Made by a program: the position numbers and the translations under genes. The notes under the pieces are model-generated. The model did no database searches, had not been told where the DNA came from, and saw only the letters and a list, made by a program, of their open reading frames with translations. A stretch of DNA of 64,000 nucleotides, taken from positions 6,758,001 through 6,822,000 of the forward strand of contig NC_086378.1 in the NCBI RefSeq assembly GCF_036588685.1, in the 5' to 3' direction. Origin of the DNA: Mytilus trossulus. Taxonomy: Eukaryota. Below are positions 37,987-53,197 of the stretch, one piece after another; position 1 is the stretch's first letter, and each line of letters begins with the position of its first letter.

Positions 37987-38485
37987 GGCTGAATTTATCT
38001 ATGTAAAGTCTACCCATAATGATAGAAGGTTTCATTACTGGTTTAAAAGTGCGCGTATGAAATTCGCACAGGTAGACATAAAAATAATTTTGTCGTATGA
38101 CGGCATACATAAATGAAGACTTACGTAAAGTTTATATAACAAAAACAGACTTAACAGTAAAAGTAATAATAATAAATAAAATAATGGTGTGCTTTAAAGT
38201 ATGACGGGATACATAAGTACAGTTTCACGTCAAATACGCTGAATTTATCCATGTAAAGTCTACCCATAAATGATAGAAGGTTTTCATTACTGGTGTAAAA
38301 TAGCGCGTTTGAAATTCGCACAGGTAGACATAAAAATAATTTTGTCGTATGTCGGCATACATAAATACAGACTCACGTAAAGTAGATATACCAAAAACCC
38401 GACTAAACACTAAAAGTAGTAATAATAAATAAAATAATGGTGTGGTTCAAAGTATGACGGGATACATAAGTACAGTTACACGTCA
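37987..38485 (+). repeat. Two tandem ~250-bp units inside a dispersed repeat
   Basis: gctgaatttatc.atgtaaagtctaccc at ~37988 and ~38238. Both units end agtatgacgggatacataagtacagtt. Confidence 0.8.
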
Positions 38486-38956
38486 AATGTATATCATGAA
38501 AAACAGACTAAACAGAAAAAGTAGTATTATTGAATAAAATAGTTTTGTCATTCATAGTATTCAAGAACCTTAAGTAAAAGTAATATCAATCAATGAAATA
38601 ATTACAGTAATCACAGTAATATGTTTGCGAATATCCTCGTATGATTCTGTCAGGATGTGAAATGATGTTAACCGGGGCCTTCCTTTTAAGGAAATTTACA
38701 ATTTTTCGGTCATGGATAACGATTATGTAACATGTGAGAAACTCAGAATATATACCAGAATAATATTTGTGTAGGAAAACAAGGGTTGTACTTTCACTAC
38801 TTGGTACAACAGACTCATTAGTAAAGCTAAAAAAAGAGTATTAACGGCAAAATCAACTTCGAAGTTGAAAAAAGGAGAAAAAATCAAATGATACACATGC
38901 AAGTTGGACACGATTATATATCATATTTGTATTTATGTTTTTATTTTTGTCAATAG

Positions 38957-39162
38957 GGCAACGTCTACGTAACGCGGATATCACAGTTGGGTCAACTTTG
39001 AAAGAAATGTCCTTATGTGCATACTATAAAGGGCCAGCAAAGCTCGGGGAGCATCTTTTTTCCCAATGTAACCAGCAAATGAGTGGCCGCTATGTCAAAG
39101 TGACCATCAGAGCCAAGGACTTCCTTCATTTGTCAGAAGTAATGGTGTTTGCAACAGAGTAA
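38957..39162 (+). CDS. F-type lectin paralogue 1, exon 3
   Basis: Acceptor caatag|gg, phase 1. GQRLRN...C...C..GRYVKV...LHLSEVMVF is the typical F-type lectin C-terminal half. Stop TAA at 39160-39162. Confidence 0.85.
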
Positions 39163-40868
39163 TTTTTCAATAAATTAAACTCTAAATTAGTGACTGTTTC
39201 TTTGATAACTTCACCACTAAAAAGGAATAAATAAAAATTGATTAAACAAATCTTATGCAAATAAAGGGAACGTGAGTTCAGGAAACAACAAAAGAAAACT
39301 TAAAGAGTCATTTAACCAACTCGAAGACATTTGGATACATTTTAACTTTTTTAGATTCGAGTCTTTTGTAGACGAAACGCGCGTCTGGCGTATATACTAA
39401 ATTGAGTCCTGGTATCTATGATGGGTTTATTCAGAAGGAAAAAATAGAAGGACTCAAAGACCCCAAAGAAATGTGGTTATACACATACGAGACAGTAAGC
39501 ATACGAAACAAAACCAAAGACATCTAGAGGGACAAAACATTCAAAGAAACAAAGAAGAAGACAAAATACACACTAAGGAAGAAACAAATGCGACCATATA
39601 AAAAAAGTAAAATCACAAAAAATACTGAACTCAGAGGAAAATCAATTTGGAAAGTCCATAATCACATGGCAAAATAAAAAAACAACACACATCAAGAACG
39701 AATGGACAAGAACTGTCATATTCCTGACTTGGTACAGGCATTTTCAAATGTAGAAAATGGTGGATTACACCTGGTTCTATAGCGCTAAACCTCTCACTTT
39801 AATAACAGTCTCATCAAATTCCGCTACATTTACATGATGCGTTAAATAAACAGTCACAATTAATAAAATAGTCAAAATGGGTACAACAGTCATCATCGTA
39901 TAACAATTTTAAAAGGAACAATTTAACAGGACACAAAAACTTACTTGTTATACATAAATGATGCTGTCAAACACGACACAAAATTACCAAGGATTTCTGG
40001 AGAAATAAATAAAAACCAAGACTGCAAGATAAAAGCTTACTGATTAAACGTCTTTGAGATGGTAAACACACGACACATAAAACCACGTACATCTTGAGTT
40101 GGAAAGAATAACTGAGAAAGAAAAGAAGAGAGCAAAAGAACCTTATTGATAAAACGCCTACCACACAGTTAACCAACGACACATACAATGAAAGACTTCA
40201 AGAAAGGAAAAAAAGCACTAATAAGAACACAAGACGACAAAATAAAAAACCAAACTAGTTAAACGCACACAAGACAGCTCACGACACATAAAACCAAATA
40301 CATCTAAATGGAAAAACTAAAATAAGAAACAACGACGCGAAAGAAACCTGATTTGTTACGCCTTCGAGACAATAATTCTTACATGATTTGCATAATTTTG
40401 CATTAACTGGATGGGTCAGTTATAATTTTTCTCTTGGTTTACACGTCGGTAAACCATGTTTCCGAAACAATTTTTTTAATCTAATCATGCGCGATACATA
40501 TGGTCCGAGAAAACAATTGTCGTCCCTTGATTTTCGTTGTTCGTGTAGTCCATATTGTTGACAGTGGGTTACTTTTTATACCCCTTCCAAATTTATTTCT
40601 CCTTGTTTAATGCCTTAAATTGCAAGTAGGGAGTGAAATTGCACTGTACAACAATTTGGGTCCAGAATTTTAAAGGAAAGTAGTGATTTGGTCCAACTGA
40701 AAAAGGTTAAAAATTAGCACGTCTGAAGATGTGAAAGATTTCAAGACGCTCTAAACATAAAAAAAATTATATTTTGAGTTAGAGCCGAGTTTTCTATAAT
40801 TTTGATATCATTTGTCCAAAAAGTAATACAACACACGGTAAAAAAACGGGTCTCTTACTCACAAATTT

Positions 40869-41262
40869 AAAAAGTAAAATCACAAAAATACTGAACTCAG
40901 AGGAAAATCAATTTGGAAAGTCCATAATCACATGGCAAAATCAAAAAACAAAACGCATCAAAAACGAATGGACAAGAACTGTCATATTCCTGACTTGGTA
41001 CAGGCATTTTCAAATGTAGAAAATGGTGGATTAAACCTGGTTCTATAGCGCTAACCCTCTCAAATTCCGTTACATTTACATGATGCGTTAAATAAACAGT
41101 CACAATCAATAAAATAGTCAAAATATGGGAACATCAGTCATCATCGTATAACAATTTAACAGGACACAACAACATCTACTATCTACGAACACATGGATTG
41201 ATTTGAGTGTCTGACGTCAGAAAAATTATATACGTCACATAAATTTGTCGTTCAATGTGCAT
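40869..41262 (+). repeat. Dispersed repeat family starting aaaaagtaaaatcacaaaaatactgaactc (representative copy)
   Basis: Further copies at ~26489, ~37582, ~39601, ~44010-44442 (-), ~48850-49036 (-) and ~56087. Possibly Helentron/MITE-like (not established). Confidence 0.8.
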
Positions 41263-44200
41263 AAAGTCCTTCGAACTTTTATTCAGTTTGTGAGTTAATC
41301 GCCAATATACACATCAATTACCTCTATAAAAATATATTTAATCCTTTAGTAAATCCACGACAACCAAAGAAATCTAGAGAGAAGGATATTTAAATAAAGA
41401 ACAGAGATAAAAAAAATAAAAAAAATCACGTTATTCGTCTACTAGACAGAAAACTCATGATACACAGACCCAAAGACATGTTATGTTATGATGGTATGAT
41501 ACTAAACCCCTAACGGGAAGGATTGTGCCCGATGTTAATATGATGAAATCATAATCTTTCAGTTAGTTTAATTAAAGTCTGGAGCTGGCATATCAGTTAA
41601 CTGCTAGTAGTCTGTTGTTGTTTATGTATTATTGTCACTTTGTTTATTTTCTTTGGTTACATCTTCTGACATCAGACTCAGATTGCTCTTGAACTGAATG
41701 TTAATGTGCGTATTGTTATGGGTTTACTTTTCTACATTGGCTAGAGGTATAGGGGGAGGATTGAGATCTCATAAACATGTTTAACCCCGCCGCATTTTTG
41801 CGCCTGTCCCAAGTCAGGAGCCTCTGGCCTTTGTTAGTCTTGTAGTATTTTAATTTTAGTTTCTTGTGTTCAATTTGGAAATTAGTATGGCGTTCATTAT
41901 CACTAAACTAATATATGTTCGATTAGGGGCCAGTTGAAGGACGCCTCCGGGTGCGGGAATTTCTCGCTACATTGAAGACCTGTTGGTGACCTTCTGCTGT
42001 TGTTTTTTTCTACGGTCGGGTTGTTGTCTCTTTGACACATTCCCCATTCCTTCTCAATTTTTTGTTAATATATTTTAAGTAACAATTAAGGTGTAGATAT
42101 TGAATGTTTGTTCCTTAATACCAACAACAGATGTCGGATAAAAGCTTTACAGAGCTTATGTTGTATTGTTATATGTATATCCGACTTTAGATAAATCTTT
42201 TATGCTTTTATGCTTATACAACAATCAAATGAATGTGTTTATGAAACAAACCTGCGAAAAGATATGGAATAAAGTCATCGAAGATACCAGGATTAATCTT
42301 TGCATTTAATTATAAAGAGTCTGTAAAACATTTCGTTTCTATCATTTCTACGTTTCCATAAATTGTTTAAAGGCAAAGTGTGTGTTCAAAAGCATTGTGA
42401 TTATATAGATAATAAGGAGTTTCATCATTGGCAATATCTCACTCAAACAAAACGTCTAACACAAAAATGTATATGCATTAAAAAATATGACGTCTTGCTA
42501 GCGAAGCATTTTCAGGATTTACCTTCATCTGAAATGCTTACAGCCGAATATTTGGAATCCACAACTGTTTAAGAACATGAACAGGAAAGAGCAATATGAA
42601 TAAAAAAAGGGAAAAATGATTTAACATAATAGCTGAAACCTTAATTTTTAATCTTTATCACAAATTATCAAACAAGTAATCTTAATTTCTTTTATATCTT
42701 AATTATATGTATGTTCTTGCATTTAATATATATCTACGTGAACGGTTTATCATAGTAAACAGAACACATGGTCAATTGGAACAAAAAAATACAACTTACA
42801 AAACGTCAATTATTTTGTCAGTTCATTTATATTATGCTTATTATCATTTAAAAAGAAATTCTGATAATATAACGAAATAAATTTAGTTTTAAAGTAATCA
42901 GGCAATGGTCAAAGCGTCATTTCCAACATCACAAAACAGGGATATTTATCCTTCATTTGCAAACTTCCAATTCAGTTTCAAAGACGTTGTGTTGTGTGAA
43001 TCTGGACAATAACAATGAGCAAAGTTCTCGTCATGGTTTTGGGGCCCCCAATATGTTGTGAAGATGATTTAAAATACAGATTTACACGAAAGTCAGTCAA
43101 TTGTAAAATTTCGTGGGAAAAAAAGAAATATTTCCGTCGTCCGCTGGAAATCATGATAGGATATACAAGCCCGCGGATTTTGTCTTAATCGGGATGTATA
43201 TACATGTACTACGTATGCAGGCGCTGCTGGAATGTTGCTACATAGAAATATAAATATATGTCCTTTAGAAAGATGTTGATGAGCGTAAAATAACGTATTT
43301 GGTAAGGCTGTTGTTCACATTTACGTTTGCAAAAATATGTTGAACGTAGCCAATTTATAGCAAATGCGTCAATTTTGACACAGTGATGTCATACCTGGCA
43401 TTGTTTTTAAACATTCACTCCTATCAAGAGCTTTAGATTTAGTTTTCTATATCTGTTATTAAACAATAGAGACACAATGGTGCAGAATATATCAATTTTG
43501 TTTTTATAATAGTCAAAGTCAGGAGCAATCTACTTCAGACTTCGAACAGTCTTTTTTCTGAAAAAGCCTGTTTATAAATTGTTATTTTAATTTATCCCGA
43601 TAGAGTTTATTTTAGAATAAATGTAGGTTTAACAAATTGACGATACAATGATATTGTTCTATGGTGTTGTTAACTGTTTGTAATTTCCTCCAATTTGTTT
43701 TGTATATGCGACTCTTTGTATTTCTTTTGTTCTTATTACGTGACTCTGTACTTTAAAAGATCCCGTCAGTATTATTTTGGTCTATAATATGTCCTTATGA
43801 TATATTTCTATTATGAATTACTATATACGTCGAACCACAAACGTCAAAATCATTCAATCGCGTAGTGGAATTAACTATTTTTGGTTTCTCATAAAATCTA
43901 CCTATAACTTTTGGACTAGTTTAAAACTCGGTCTATTTCTGTAAGTTGTTCTTACATACTTTTGATTTTTTAACTCTGTATGCTTACATTGCCTATGTAC
44001 ATTTTAAAACTGTTTGTATGCACATTGAACGACAAATTTATGTGACGTATACAAATTTTATGACGTAAGTCAATCCATGTGTTCGTAGATAGATTTTTTG
44101 TGTTTTGTTAAATTGTCCCTTTTAAAATTTTAAAATTGTTATGCGATGATGACTGATGTACCCATATTTTGACTATTTTATTAATTGTGACTGTTTATTT

Positions 44201-45277
44201 AACGCATCATGTAAATATAACGGAATTTGATGAGACTGTTATTAAAGAGAGAGGGTTAGCGCTATAGAACCAGGTTTAATCCACCATTTTCTACATTTGA
44301 AAATGCCTGTACCAAGTCAGGAATATGACAGTTTTTGTCTATTCGTTTTTGATGCGTTTTGTTATTTGATTTTGCCATGTGATTATGAACTTTCCGTATT
44401 GATTTTCCTCTGAGTTCAGTATTTTTGTGATTTTACTTTTTTTTGTACAGCAAATGGTAAATTTGATTATAAGGCGAAGGACAAAATTGCAATTTATTGT
44501 GGAGTCACTGAGAAAACAGATTTTTTTCTATACAATTATAATTTCTAAATGATGCTTTTAATAACAGTAATACATTCTTGTATCAACCTCATGAAAAAGC
44601 TATAATTGTACAATATTACGAACCTTAATTAATGTGTGTTCTAAATTCTGAATCCAAATCATCGTTGAAATTGCATTAAATCAATAAATAAAGGCAACAG
44701 TAGTATATCACTTTTCAAAACTCGTAAATCGATTGGAAATCGATGGGAAAAAATCGGGGTAACTAACTAAAACTGAAGGAAACGTATTAAATGTAAGAGG
44801 AGAACAACGACACAACATTAAAATGTAACACACAGACAAAAAGGCACGAAAGACGTCTGCGGGGATGGAGCCGCTAGATATTTGTGTGTAAGCAGCCATG
44901 ATTTTTATATCACGGAACATTTTGTACTTTTAGGTATTTTTGGTACAGTGTTTTATCTTTAGTTTGTTATCTGTTAATATGTCTTATTTTTTAATACAAA
45001 TATTGAACTTGCTTTCATTTTCCTGTTGTTTTTTTAATGCGTCTTAATAATTTGCATAGTCACCAAATTTCAAAACATCAACTTTGCTTCAAATGCAGAG
45101 CTTGCGTGTTGAACTGGTAAATGATCCATTGTGTCATAGTGTTGAATGAAATGGCCAAACTTTGCATGAAAACAGCTGTTTCCATTCATATTTATTTCAT
45201 TTGAAACAGAGATTTAATACCAGTGTTTGAAATATTCTTTACCACTCTGATACTCAATTGTATGTGTGCACATTAAA

Positions 45278-45470
45278 ATGCAGCAAGTAGTTTTTATCAT
45301 AACATACTGTGTTTGCTTTTTGTCAGCATGTCAAATAACAATATCCGGTGGAAAGTTAAATTCAAATGTCTGTAAAGGGTACCGAAGGCTGGAATCCAAG
45401 GTTGATATCCTCACAACGAAGCTTGATCGTAGTCTTCATCTGCTGAAGAAAATTAACGAACAAACTATAG
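45278..45470 (+). CDS. F-type lectin paralogue 2, exon 1 (signal peptide + coiled coil)
   Basis: ATG 45278, MQQVVFIITYCVCFLSAC.... Donor atag|gtaaat. 193 nt. Confidence 0.85.
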
Positions 45471-48313
45471 GTAAATTATACCTTTAATTTTAATTTTTTA
45501 ATGTCATTATTTGTTTGAAATTGAAAATGTAGTTTGACAGATATTTATTCAATTTGAAAAACAAAAGATTATTTCTATAAGATGTGCTTTTGAACATCCT
45601 TGCATATACTGTCAACATGCACATGAAAGTATTTCCTTTTTCTTACTCGTCCTCCGCTGATTATCGAGAACAGTTTATGCATTGCTTTTGTCCATTTCGG
45701 CTATTTAATTCCATTTGGCAACAAAGGCAAAATTTGCTCACCTGAATTTTACAAGATTTTCAAATAAAATTGACGTGAAAAAGTTTATGTGAGATTCACC
45801 TCATATGAGCTTACACATGAATATAAAGTGAAATTTTGTGCATGAAATTACCAAAAAAATATTATTCATGATTTTTATTATATTTGAAAATATATTTGTT
45901 ATTTCAATAACTTTATTTTATAATTTTACGTGAATTTCATATAAAAACTATTCACACGAGTTTCACATGAGATTCGTGAAATGGATGCGAATGAAATTTG
46001 CCTATGTAAAGTTTGTATAAATTACACTGAATTCAAAGATATTTCTTTATGAACTATATAGATTCGACCAAATAAAACTTTAAAATGATTTTCTGATAAA
46101 AACTTGAAATCTGTCATACACCCAAATTGATATATGTTTGGACTTGTTTTTCATTTTAACAACAGATCAATTTTTTAAACATTAAGTTCATATTTCTAGT
46201 TATTATTTTTTCGTTTTCATTTATTCTTCGTGTCAAATGTATGCCTCGGTTTTGAAAATTCCTTTTGTTATTTGACAAACCTATTCAATGTTGTGATATC
46301 CTATATGGTACCCGACAGCTGTTAAACGAAATCATATTGTGAGGTTTTGCCTTTAATTTGCAGTGTTCATTTTTTCCCGTCTTTCATTGGACACATAATA
46401 TCTTTCAGTAAGTATATACAAAATTATTTTTACTGAAAAAAATATCATATTGTTGTTCGTCATTACTTCACTAGAAGTTACTATCGAAAGCGAACCAAGT
46501 TGTAAACCTCTATGTCGTTTAGTCTCCGGTGGAGAGCTTTCTTAATTGTAATTAAACTACATCATCTTATTTTCATATCTTACTGTACAAAAAGTACAAC
46601 AGTAAAATAACAAAAACAAAGTCTTAACAAATGGCAATATTAAAAGCTCAAACAAAACAGCTTATTAAATTGAGACATAATCTGTACGAAGAAAAAAAAG
46701 GTTATGGGATTATTTAATATCTGCGGCCTTTCTCTTCTACTTGGTTGGGTTGTCTCTTTGATATTCTACCCTTTTCAATTGAAATTGTATCAAATGAAAT
46801 GATTAAAAAAATATAGCCGAAGTTCTTTGGTGTACTAGTAACCCCTCTACAAACTATTTAGAGCTTTTGATTTTTACATTTGATAAGGGAATTTCCTTTT
46901 TGAATTTTTCTCGGAGTTCTGTATTTTTGTGATTTAACTTTTTGTTTACATCATAATCTTTAAAATGTCTATATAGTTTATGGTGAATTTCTATAAGACA
47001 TTACATTAGTAAATTTTCAATAGACTTTTAAAAAAATATACTTTTGAAGTTTGTATTAGTCCTGATTATTCTAAGATCTTTGCAAACTGGATTTGTAGAA
47101 GATATGACAAATAGTGACGAATATGTTCTGAAGACTTTGATTCAAAAGTATGTTCAAATAAGTTTTTATCCATTTTTAAGTTGTTGTGGGTTTTTTAAAA
47201 TTTGAAGCAAGCTTCTGATTTTTTTCAAATGAACATTCATTTCTCAAATTAAAATAGCGAAACATATGGTTTTAATTTAATATTATTTTGAAATTTGAAA
47301 GAGTAGTTTTTCAGTGTGGTGTAGGAGTAGACCTAAGGGCAAATTTTAGACCCAATTTAGTTAAAAATATATATTATTGAATAAAAAAACTATTGAGTAG
47401 ATATAGGAAGATGTGGTGTGAGTGCCAATGAGACAACTCTCCATCCAAATAACAATTTAAAAAGTAAACCATTATAGGTTAAAGTACGGCCTTCAACACG
47501 GAGCCTTGGCTCACACCGAACAACAAGCTATAAAGGGCCCCAAAATTACTAGTGTAAAACCATTCAAACGGGAAAACCAACGGTCTAATCTATATAAACA
47601 AAACGAGAAACGAGAAACACGTATATATTATATAAAAAAACGACAACTACTGTACATCAGATTCCTGACTTAGGACATAATCTGATCAAGTCAATGTATA
47701 AACTCTGTTTTATTTGCCCATGGTGTTGTTTTGTCGTCTCCTGCTAAGGAGCTGCAGAATTGTATTTTAAATTAGCAGTTTTTCCTATAAATGTAAAAAA
47801 AATATAAATTTAAGTAAGACAATATACTTAGTTATAATAATGCTGGACACTAGAAATTCAAGTTTCTAAAAGATATTTCTTTTAACTGATTTTAATTGAA
47901 AATGTACAAGAAAATAAATATGCCGGAATTCTCTGTCCCGCTTTTTTTCGCAGTAAGTAAAGAAAATCTTTCAATGCTGTGACTCTAAATGCAAACATTG
48001 TAAACTACATTTTAAAACTATAATTAAACCAAAGAAAATGGTATTGTTTATTTAATTCTCATATAATGGATGTAAGTAAACATTACGTATTTTACCAAGT
48101 TTACTTTTATATTATTTTTGAAAAAGTCAAATATTAGGCCACCACTTTGCTTTTTGCAGCTCGAACTCGATGGAATGCTTTTTTGTAAAGAGTGAGATAA
48201 ATATCTGAAAAAGATAAGAATAAAAATTCAAAGAGTTCAATTATTCGTTTATGTCATAGTGCAATGAACTTACAATCATAATTTTAATTGTATATACAGT
48301 GTTATATAACTAC

Positions 48314-48476
48314 CGGTTATCAGGTTATCTGCATGTTGGTATCGTAAAAAATCAGCTGCGAGACATAATAGGAAGCTTTTTGTCGAGTGAGCGTAACGAA
48401 CGAGATCAAAAAGCCTTCATATAATGTCAAGCAGCTGATATTTTACAATATCAATATGCAGATAATCTGATAATCG
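48314..48476. repeat. ~160-bp imperfect hairpin (possible Crypton-like element)
   Basis: cggttatcaggttatctgcatgttggtatcgtaaaaaatcagctgc / gcagctgatattttacaatatcaatatgcagataatctgataatcg. Loop GAGTGAGCGTAACGAACGAG. Confidence 0.6.
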
Positions 48477-49315
48477 ATTTATCGGGCTATATTTGAGTGT
48501 TTCAGAAGAGGTTTCTTTGTTTTACCAGCACACAAAAGATGACTTGATAAGTTCGGGTCAAAGTTATTAAGGCCTGTTCAATGTATTTGACGTCACAAAG
48601 ACACGATACGGAATAATATTAAGAGCTAAAGAGAGTGATATAGACAGTGGGACGACCGATAATATTGATTAATTTTTCTCATTATAAAATGCTGTGGAAT
48701 TTTATCCTTGGAATCGTCACACACTTTCATAATAATAATTAAACAGGTATCTGGTTGACGTTCAATTAACAAATGTTTTCTTAATTCAAAATTTTTGCAT
48801 CAATTTTATGTATTCAGTTTGTGTAATTTACATACAAAAGAGAAGTTTAGCTAGCTATAAAACCAGGTTCAATCCACCATTTTCTACATAAGAAAATGCC
48901 TGTACCAAGTCAGGAATATGACAGTTGTTATTTATTCGTTTCATGTGTTTGGACTTTTGATTTTTCCTTTTTGATTTTGGACTTTCCTTTTTGAATTTTC
49001 CTCGGAGTTCAGTATTTTTTGTGTTTTTACTTTTTACTCAAAACGTTACAAGACAGAGAAAATAAAGATTGGAGGTTTGATATCACTTTTGAACATCCAC
49101 ATTTGGTGTACTAAATTGTATTATTAGTCTTGTCTTCTGTAATATTTTCATATCTGTAAATCTGCAAATGCACTGTTTTTTTCTTATTACATTTTTTGTT
49201 TCAGAAATTATATTTTTAAAAATGTTGCTTTTGTTTCTCTTTCTAATATTGCATATAATAAGTTATCCAGTACTGTTTTTGACCAAGTGATTCACGAAAC
49301 ACTTAAATACACATA

Positions 49316-49682
49316 TAAAAAAGAAGATGTGGTATTATTGCCAATGAGACAACTATCCACAAAAGACAAAATGACAAAAACATTAACAACTATAGGTAAC
49401 CGTACGGCCTTCAACAATGAGCAAAATCCATACCGCATAGTCAGCTATAAGAGGCCCCGATAAGACAATGTAAAACAAATTAAAGGAGAAAACTAACGGC
49501 CTTATTTATGTAAATAAAATTAACGAAAAAAATAAAGATGTAACACATAAACAAACGACAACCACTGAATTAAAGGCTGCTGACTTGGGACAGGCACATA
49601 CATAAATAATGTGGCGGGGTTAAACATGTAAACGGGATCCCAACCCTCCCCCTAACCTGGGACAGTGGTATAACAGAACAAC
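49316..49682 (+). repeat. Dispersed repeat starting aagaagatgtggtattattgccaatgagacaac (representative copy)
   Basis: Near-identical copy nested in the Ginger element (24331-24697 and mirror 16743-17109). Related copies at ~15910, ~22565, ~47398, ~55657 and ~56667. Confidence 0.8.
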
Positions 49683-50807
49683 AGTTGAAAAAGGCTTCAC
49701 TCCTTAAACAGACAAAAATACAAATGACGTGGCCGGTTACTTATACATCCCGACACAAAAAGACATTAGGAGCAGATCTGAGAATACTCACAGTTATCTG
49801 ATCTGTGTGTACTCGATCATTTTCAAAATTTTCTTTTCTTTTACTAAATGCGTTTTTTTTTCTTTATTTTTCTATGTTGTTGATGGTTTTCTTTGTTTTT
49901 TAGTTTTACCTTGCCTCGCTTTTGTTTGTTTTTGTTGAATTAAAGTTTTAGATTTGACTACAAAGAGGACTTTTAGTTAATCTTTTAGTATGTTAAAACA
50001 TTTATGTTTCAAATATATATGGCAAAACATTGAAATGTCAGGTTTTTAGAAATGTTATGCAAATGTTACATTGCCAAATCAAGTGGATATTGATATAGAA
50101 AAATATGCTATTAGAAGGGGCTAATTAAAGGGAAGTATTCCAAGTCATTAGGGAGTCACCCTCTAAGTAATGGTTTTGCATCTAAAGTTGATGTAAATGC
50201 GATCCAGAAGTTAAATTAGGTGCATCACGTTCGTAAGTGATTAAGTTTCAAAATAAATACATTTCCACAACACAAGTATATATTGATAGGGGTTTGATTG
50301 AGAAATCAAAAAAGGAAAATCAAATATTGGGGTCCATGTGCTTGTTTTCGAGATATTAGCCATTGAAATTTTGGCGGGAAAATGTTCTCTCTCTATCAAG
50401 AAATGAATAAGATTTTATAAGAGTTTTACAAATGGCTTAAATTATACATGAAAAAGATTAATAAAAAAAACAGGGGTTCATGGGGCAAAATTTGATAAGG
50501 CATTCAAATCGATCAAACCAGAGGATTTCGAAAATCTAACAAATATTCAAACTATGACAAGCAAACATTCTTAAATATATCACGGTAGGAAACTCGGAGG
50601 TCTCCTTGTCTATATGTATATGTAAATCAGACAAAGATAAGTTGATATTTCAGGAACGCAATATGTCAAGCAATATTGATATTCAAGATGTGATTTTTAC
50701 CCAACCCATGAGTCTTTTGTAGACAAAACCTCTGGACACACAATTTCAAACCAGATATCTATGATCAATTTATTTATATATGAAATATCAACAATTTCTT
50801 TCTTCAG

Positions 50808-51053
50808 ACAGAAGGCCTAACAATGGTGTTATTAGGAACGTTGCTCTGAATAAAAGAATCCAACAAAGTTCATGGCTTGCTAATACAAGTTCCTGGGGAA
50901 ACTATATTTGCTGTGCAGTTGAATATGCGAACGATGGAAATGCAACCACATTCTCACATACAAACATGGATAACTCTCCGTACTTGTGGGTAGATCTTGG
51001 TCGTGTGTATGATATAAAGCGGATTGAAATTATAAACAGATCAGAAAGTTATG
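50808..51053 (+). CDS. F-type lectin paralogue 2, exon 2
   Basis: Acceptor tcttcag|, donor g|gtaggt. NVALNK..QSS..ANDGN..FSHT..PYLWVDLG..IINRSE. Confidence 0.88.
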
Positions 51054-52679
51054 GTAGGTTCCGTTATGTTAAAATTTAAAAGGCAGGATGCAAACTAACT
51101 AGGTATTGATGATCATGGAATATTTTCCCATATCACTTATTCTACAAATCACTTACTTTGTTTTTCTAAAAAAAAGAAACCAAAGGTTCTGACGTTATTG
51201 AGTGAAAAAAGTCCTAGGACCGTATCTTTCCACTGTTTATTTGTATTTGAGTCCTGTCATGTTTTGTGTCATTTTAATGTTATAATTAACGTTGCCATTA
51301 AAGCGGGAGGTTTGCCATGCCACAAAACCAGGTTCGACCGACCATGTTTTCTTAAAATGTCCTGAACCAAGTCAGGAAAATTGCCATTTTTACATTATAG
51401 ATTGTTTCCTTGTGAGTTACATTTTAATGTTGTGTTTGTTTGTTGTGTCGATGTTCTTCAGTTATATCTGATTGCTTTTATTTCAGTTTTAGTTGTTAAT
51501 TCTCAATCGATTTATGATTTTCGAACTGCGGTATACTACTATTGCCTCTATTTTTCGATCCGAAATTGATATACATCTGCATAATTGATTCGGATTCTAT
51601 TCTATATTTGACTATGACATGCATAAAAACAAAAAATAGTAAACTCGAGGGTATATATGCCAAATTTAACACAATATAATACAAAAATGCAAAAGTAGAT
51701 ATCAAAAGATGTGGGATGAGTGAAAATGAGACAACTCTCCATTCAAGTCACAATTTGTAAAAGTAAACCATTAAAGGTCAAAGTACGGTTTTCAACACTG
51801 AGCCTTGCCTGTCGCCGATCAGCAAGCCATGAAGGGCGCCAAAAAAATTCAAGTGTAAAACTATTCAAACCGTAAACCAAAAAGACACAAATAGATGTAT
51901 GCATGGGGTATTTCAAATTTGTAATTGTAATGCATGGTAATGCATTACAATTTTCCAAGTAATTGCATGCAGTGTGTAATGAAGAAATGTTTGCATTAAA
52001 TGTTATTGTAATATAAAGCATTACTTTAGAAAAAAAGTTTCGTAATTATATTGCATTACATGGCAATACTATTTTCACTTCTATATATCTTCAACATTAT
52101 TGTTGGAGATTTTACTAAAGCAAAATTTTAGATGTCTTGGTTAACTCAGGAGATAATAATTTGCATATTTTTTTTCTAATCTATTTCATTGTTCATCCTT
52201 CTCATGATTCAGAAATGTAATTACCAAATAACAACTATGTAAATAAATGACACAACACAGCATCCGATTGATTCTTTTTTCCTGTAGTTACTTCATTACA
52301 TTTCATACAATTTCCTGCATAAAAAAGATTGAAATTTGAAAAGCTTTATTGTATTCCATTATTGTCAAAACACCAAAGAATACCTTGTCATGATTAAATA
52401 AAAAATAAAATTGAACATTATTATAAAACACTTATAAGTTTGTATAACCTTCAATATTTTTCACAATTCTGACACTTGATCATCATTTTAACTCTATGTT
52501 TATTATGTATACATTAGGAAAGAAATTTTCAGTAAATATTTTGATTGAAATCTAGAAAAACAAAAAAACGTATTTATAAAAGTAAAAGTTACCATCAAGT
52601 TAAAATGATTAAAAATGAAAAAGTCATATTTGATAATCTTTTAACATGTATAACTTATATTCAATACATGAAACAGTTA

Positions 52680-53197
52680 CATCATAATCTTTCAGTCAGT
52701 TTAATTGAAGTCTGGAGCTGGCATGTCAGTTAACTGCTGGTAGTCTGTTGTTATTTATGTATTATTGTTATTTTGTTTATTTTCTTTGGTTACATCTTCT
52801 GACATCAGACTCGGACTTCTCTTGAACTGAAATTTAATGTGCGTATTGCTATGCGTTTACTTTTCTACATTGGTTAGAGGTATCGGGGGAGGGTTGAGAT
52901 CTCACAAACATGTTTAACCCCGCCGCATTTTTTCGCCTGTCCCAAGTCAGGAGCCGCTGGCCTTTGTTAGTCTTGTATTATTTTAATTTTAGTTTCTTGT
53001 GTACATTTTGGAAATTAGTATGGCGTACATTATTACTGAACTAGTATATATTTGTTTAGGGGCCAGCTGAAGGACGCCTCCGGGTGCGGGAATTTCTCGC
53101 TGTATTGAAGACCTGTTGGTGACCTTCTGCTGTTGTTTTTTTATTTGGTCGGGTTGTTGTCTCTTTGACACATTCCCCATTTTCATTCTCAATTTTA
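52680..53197 (+). repeat. Dispersed ~520-bp repeat (gtctggagctggcatgtcagttaactgc...), representative copy
   Basis: Further copies at ~41550-42062, ~54150-54640, ~57085-57545 (-), ~26950-27370 (-) and ~34730-35160 (-). Confidence 0.8.
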
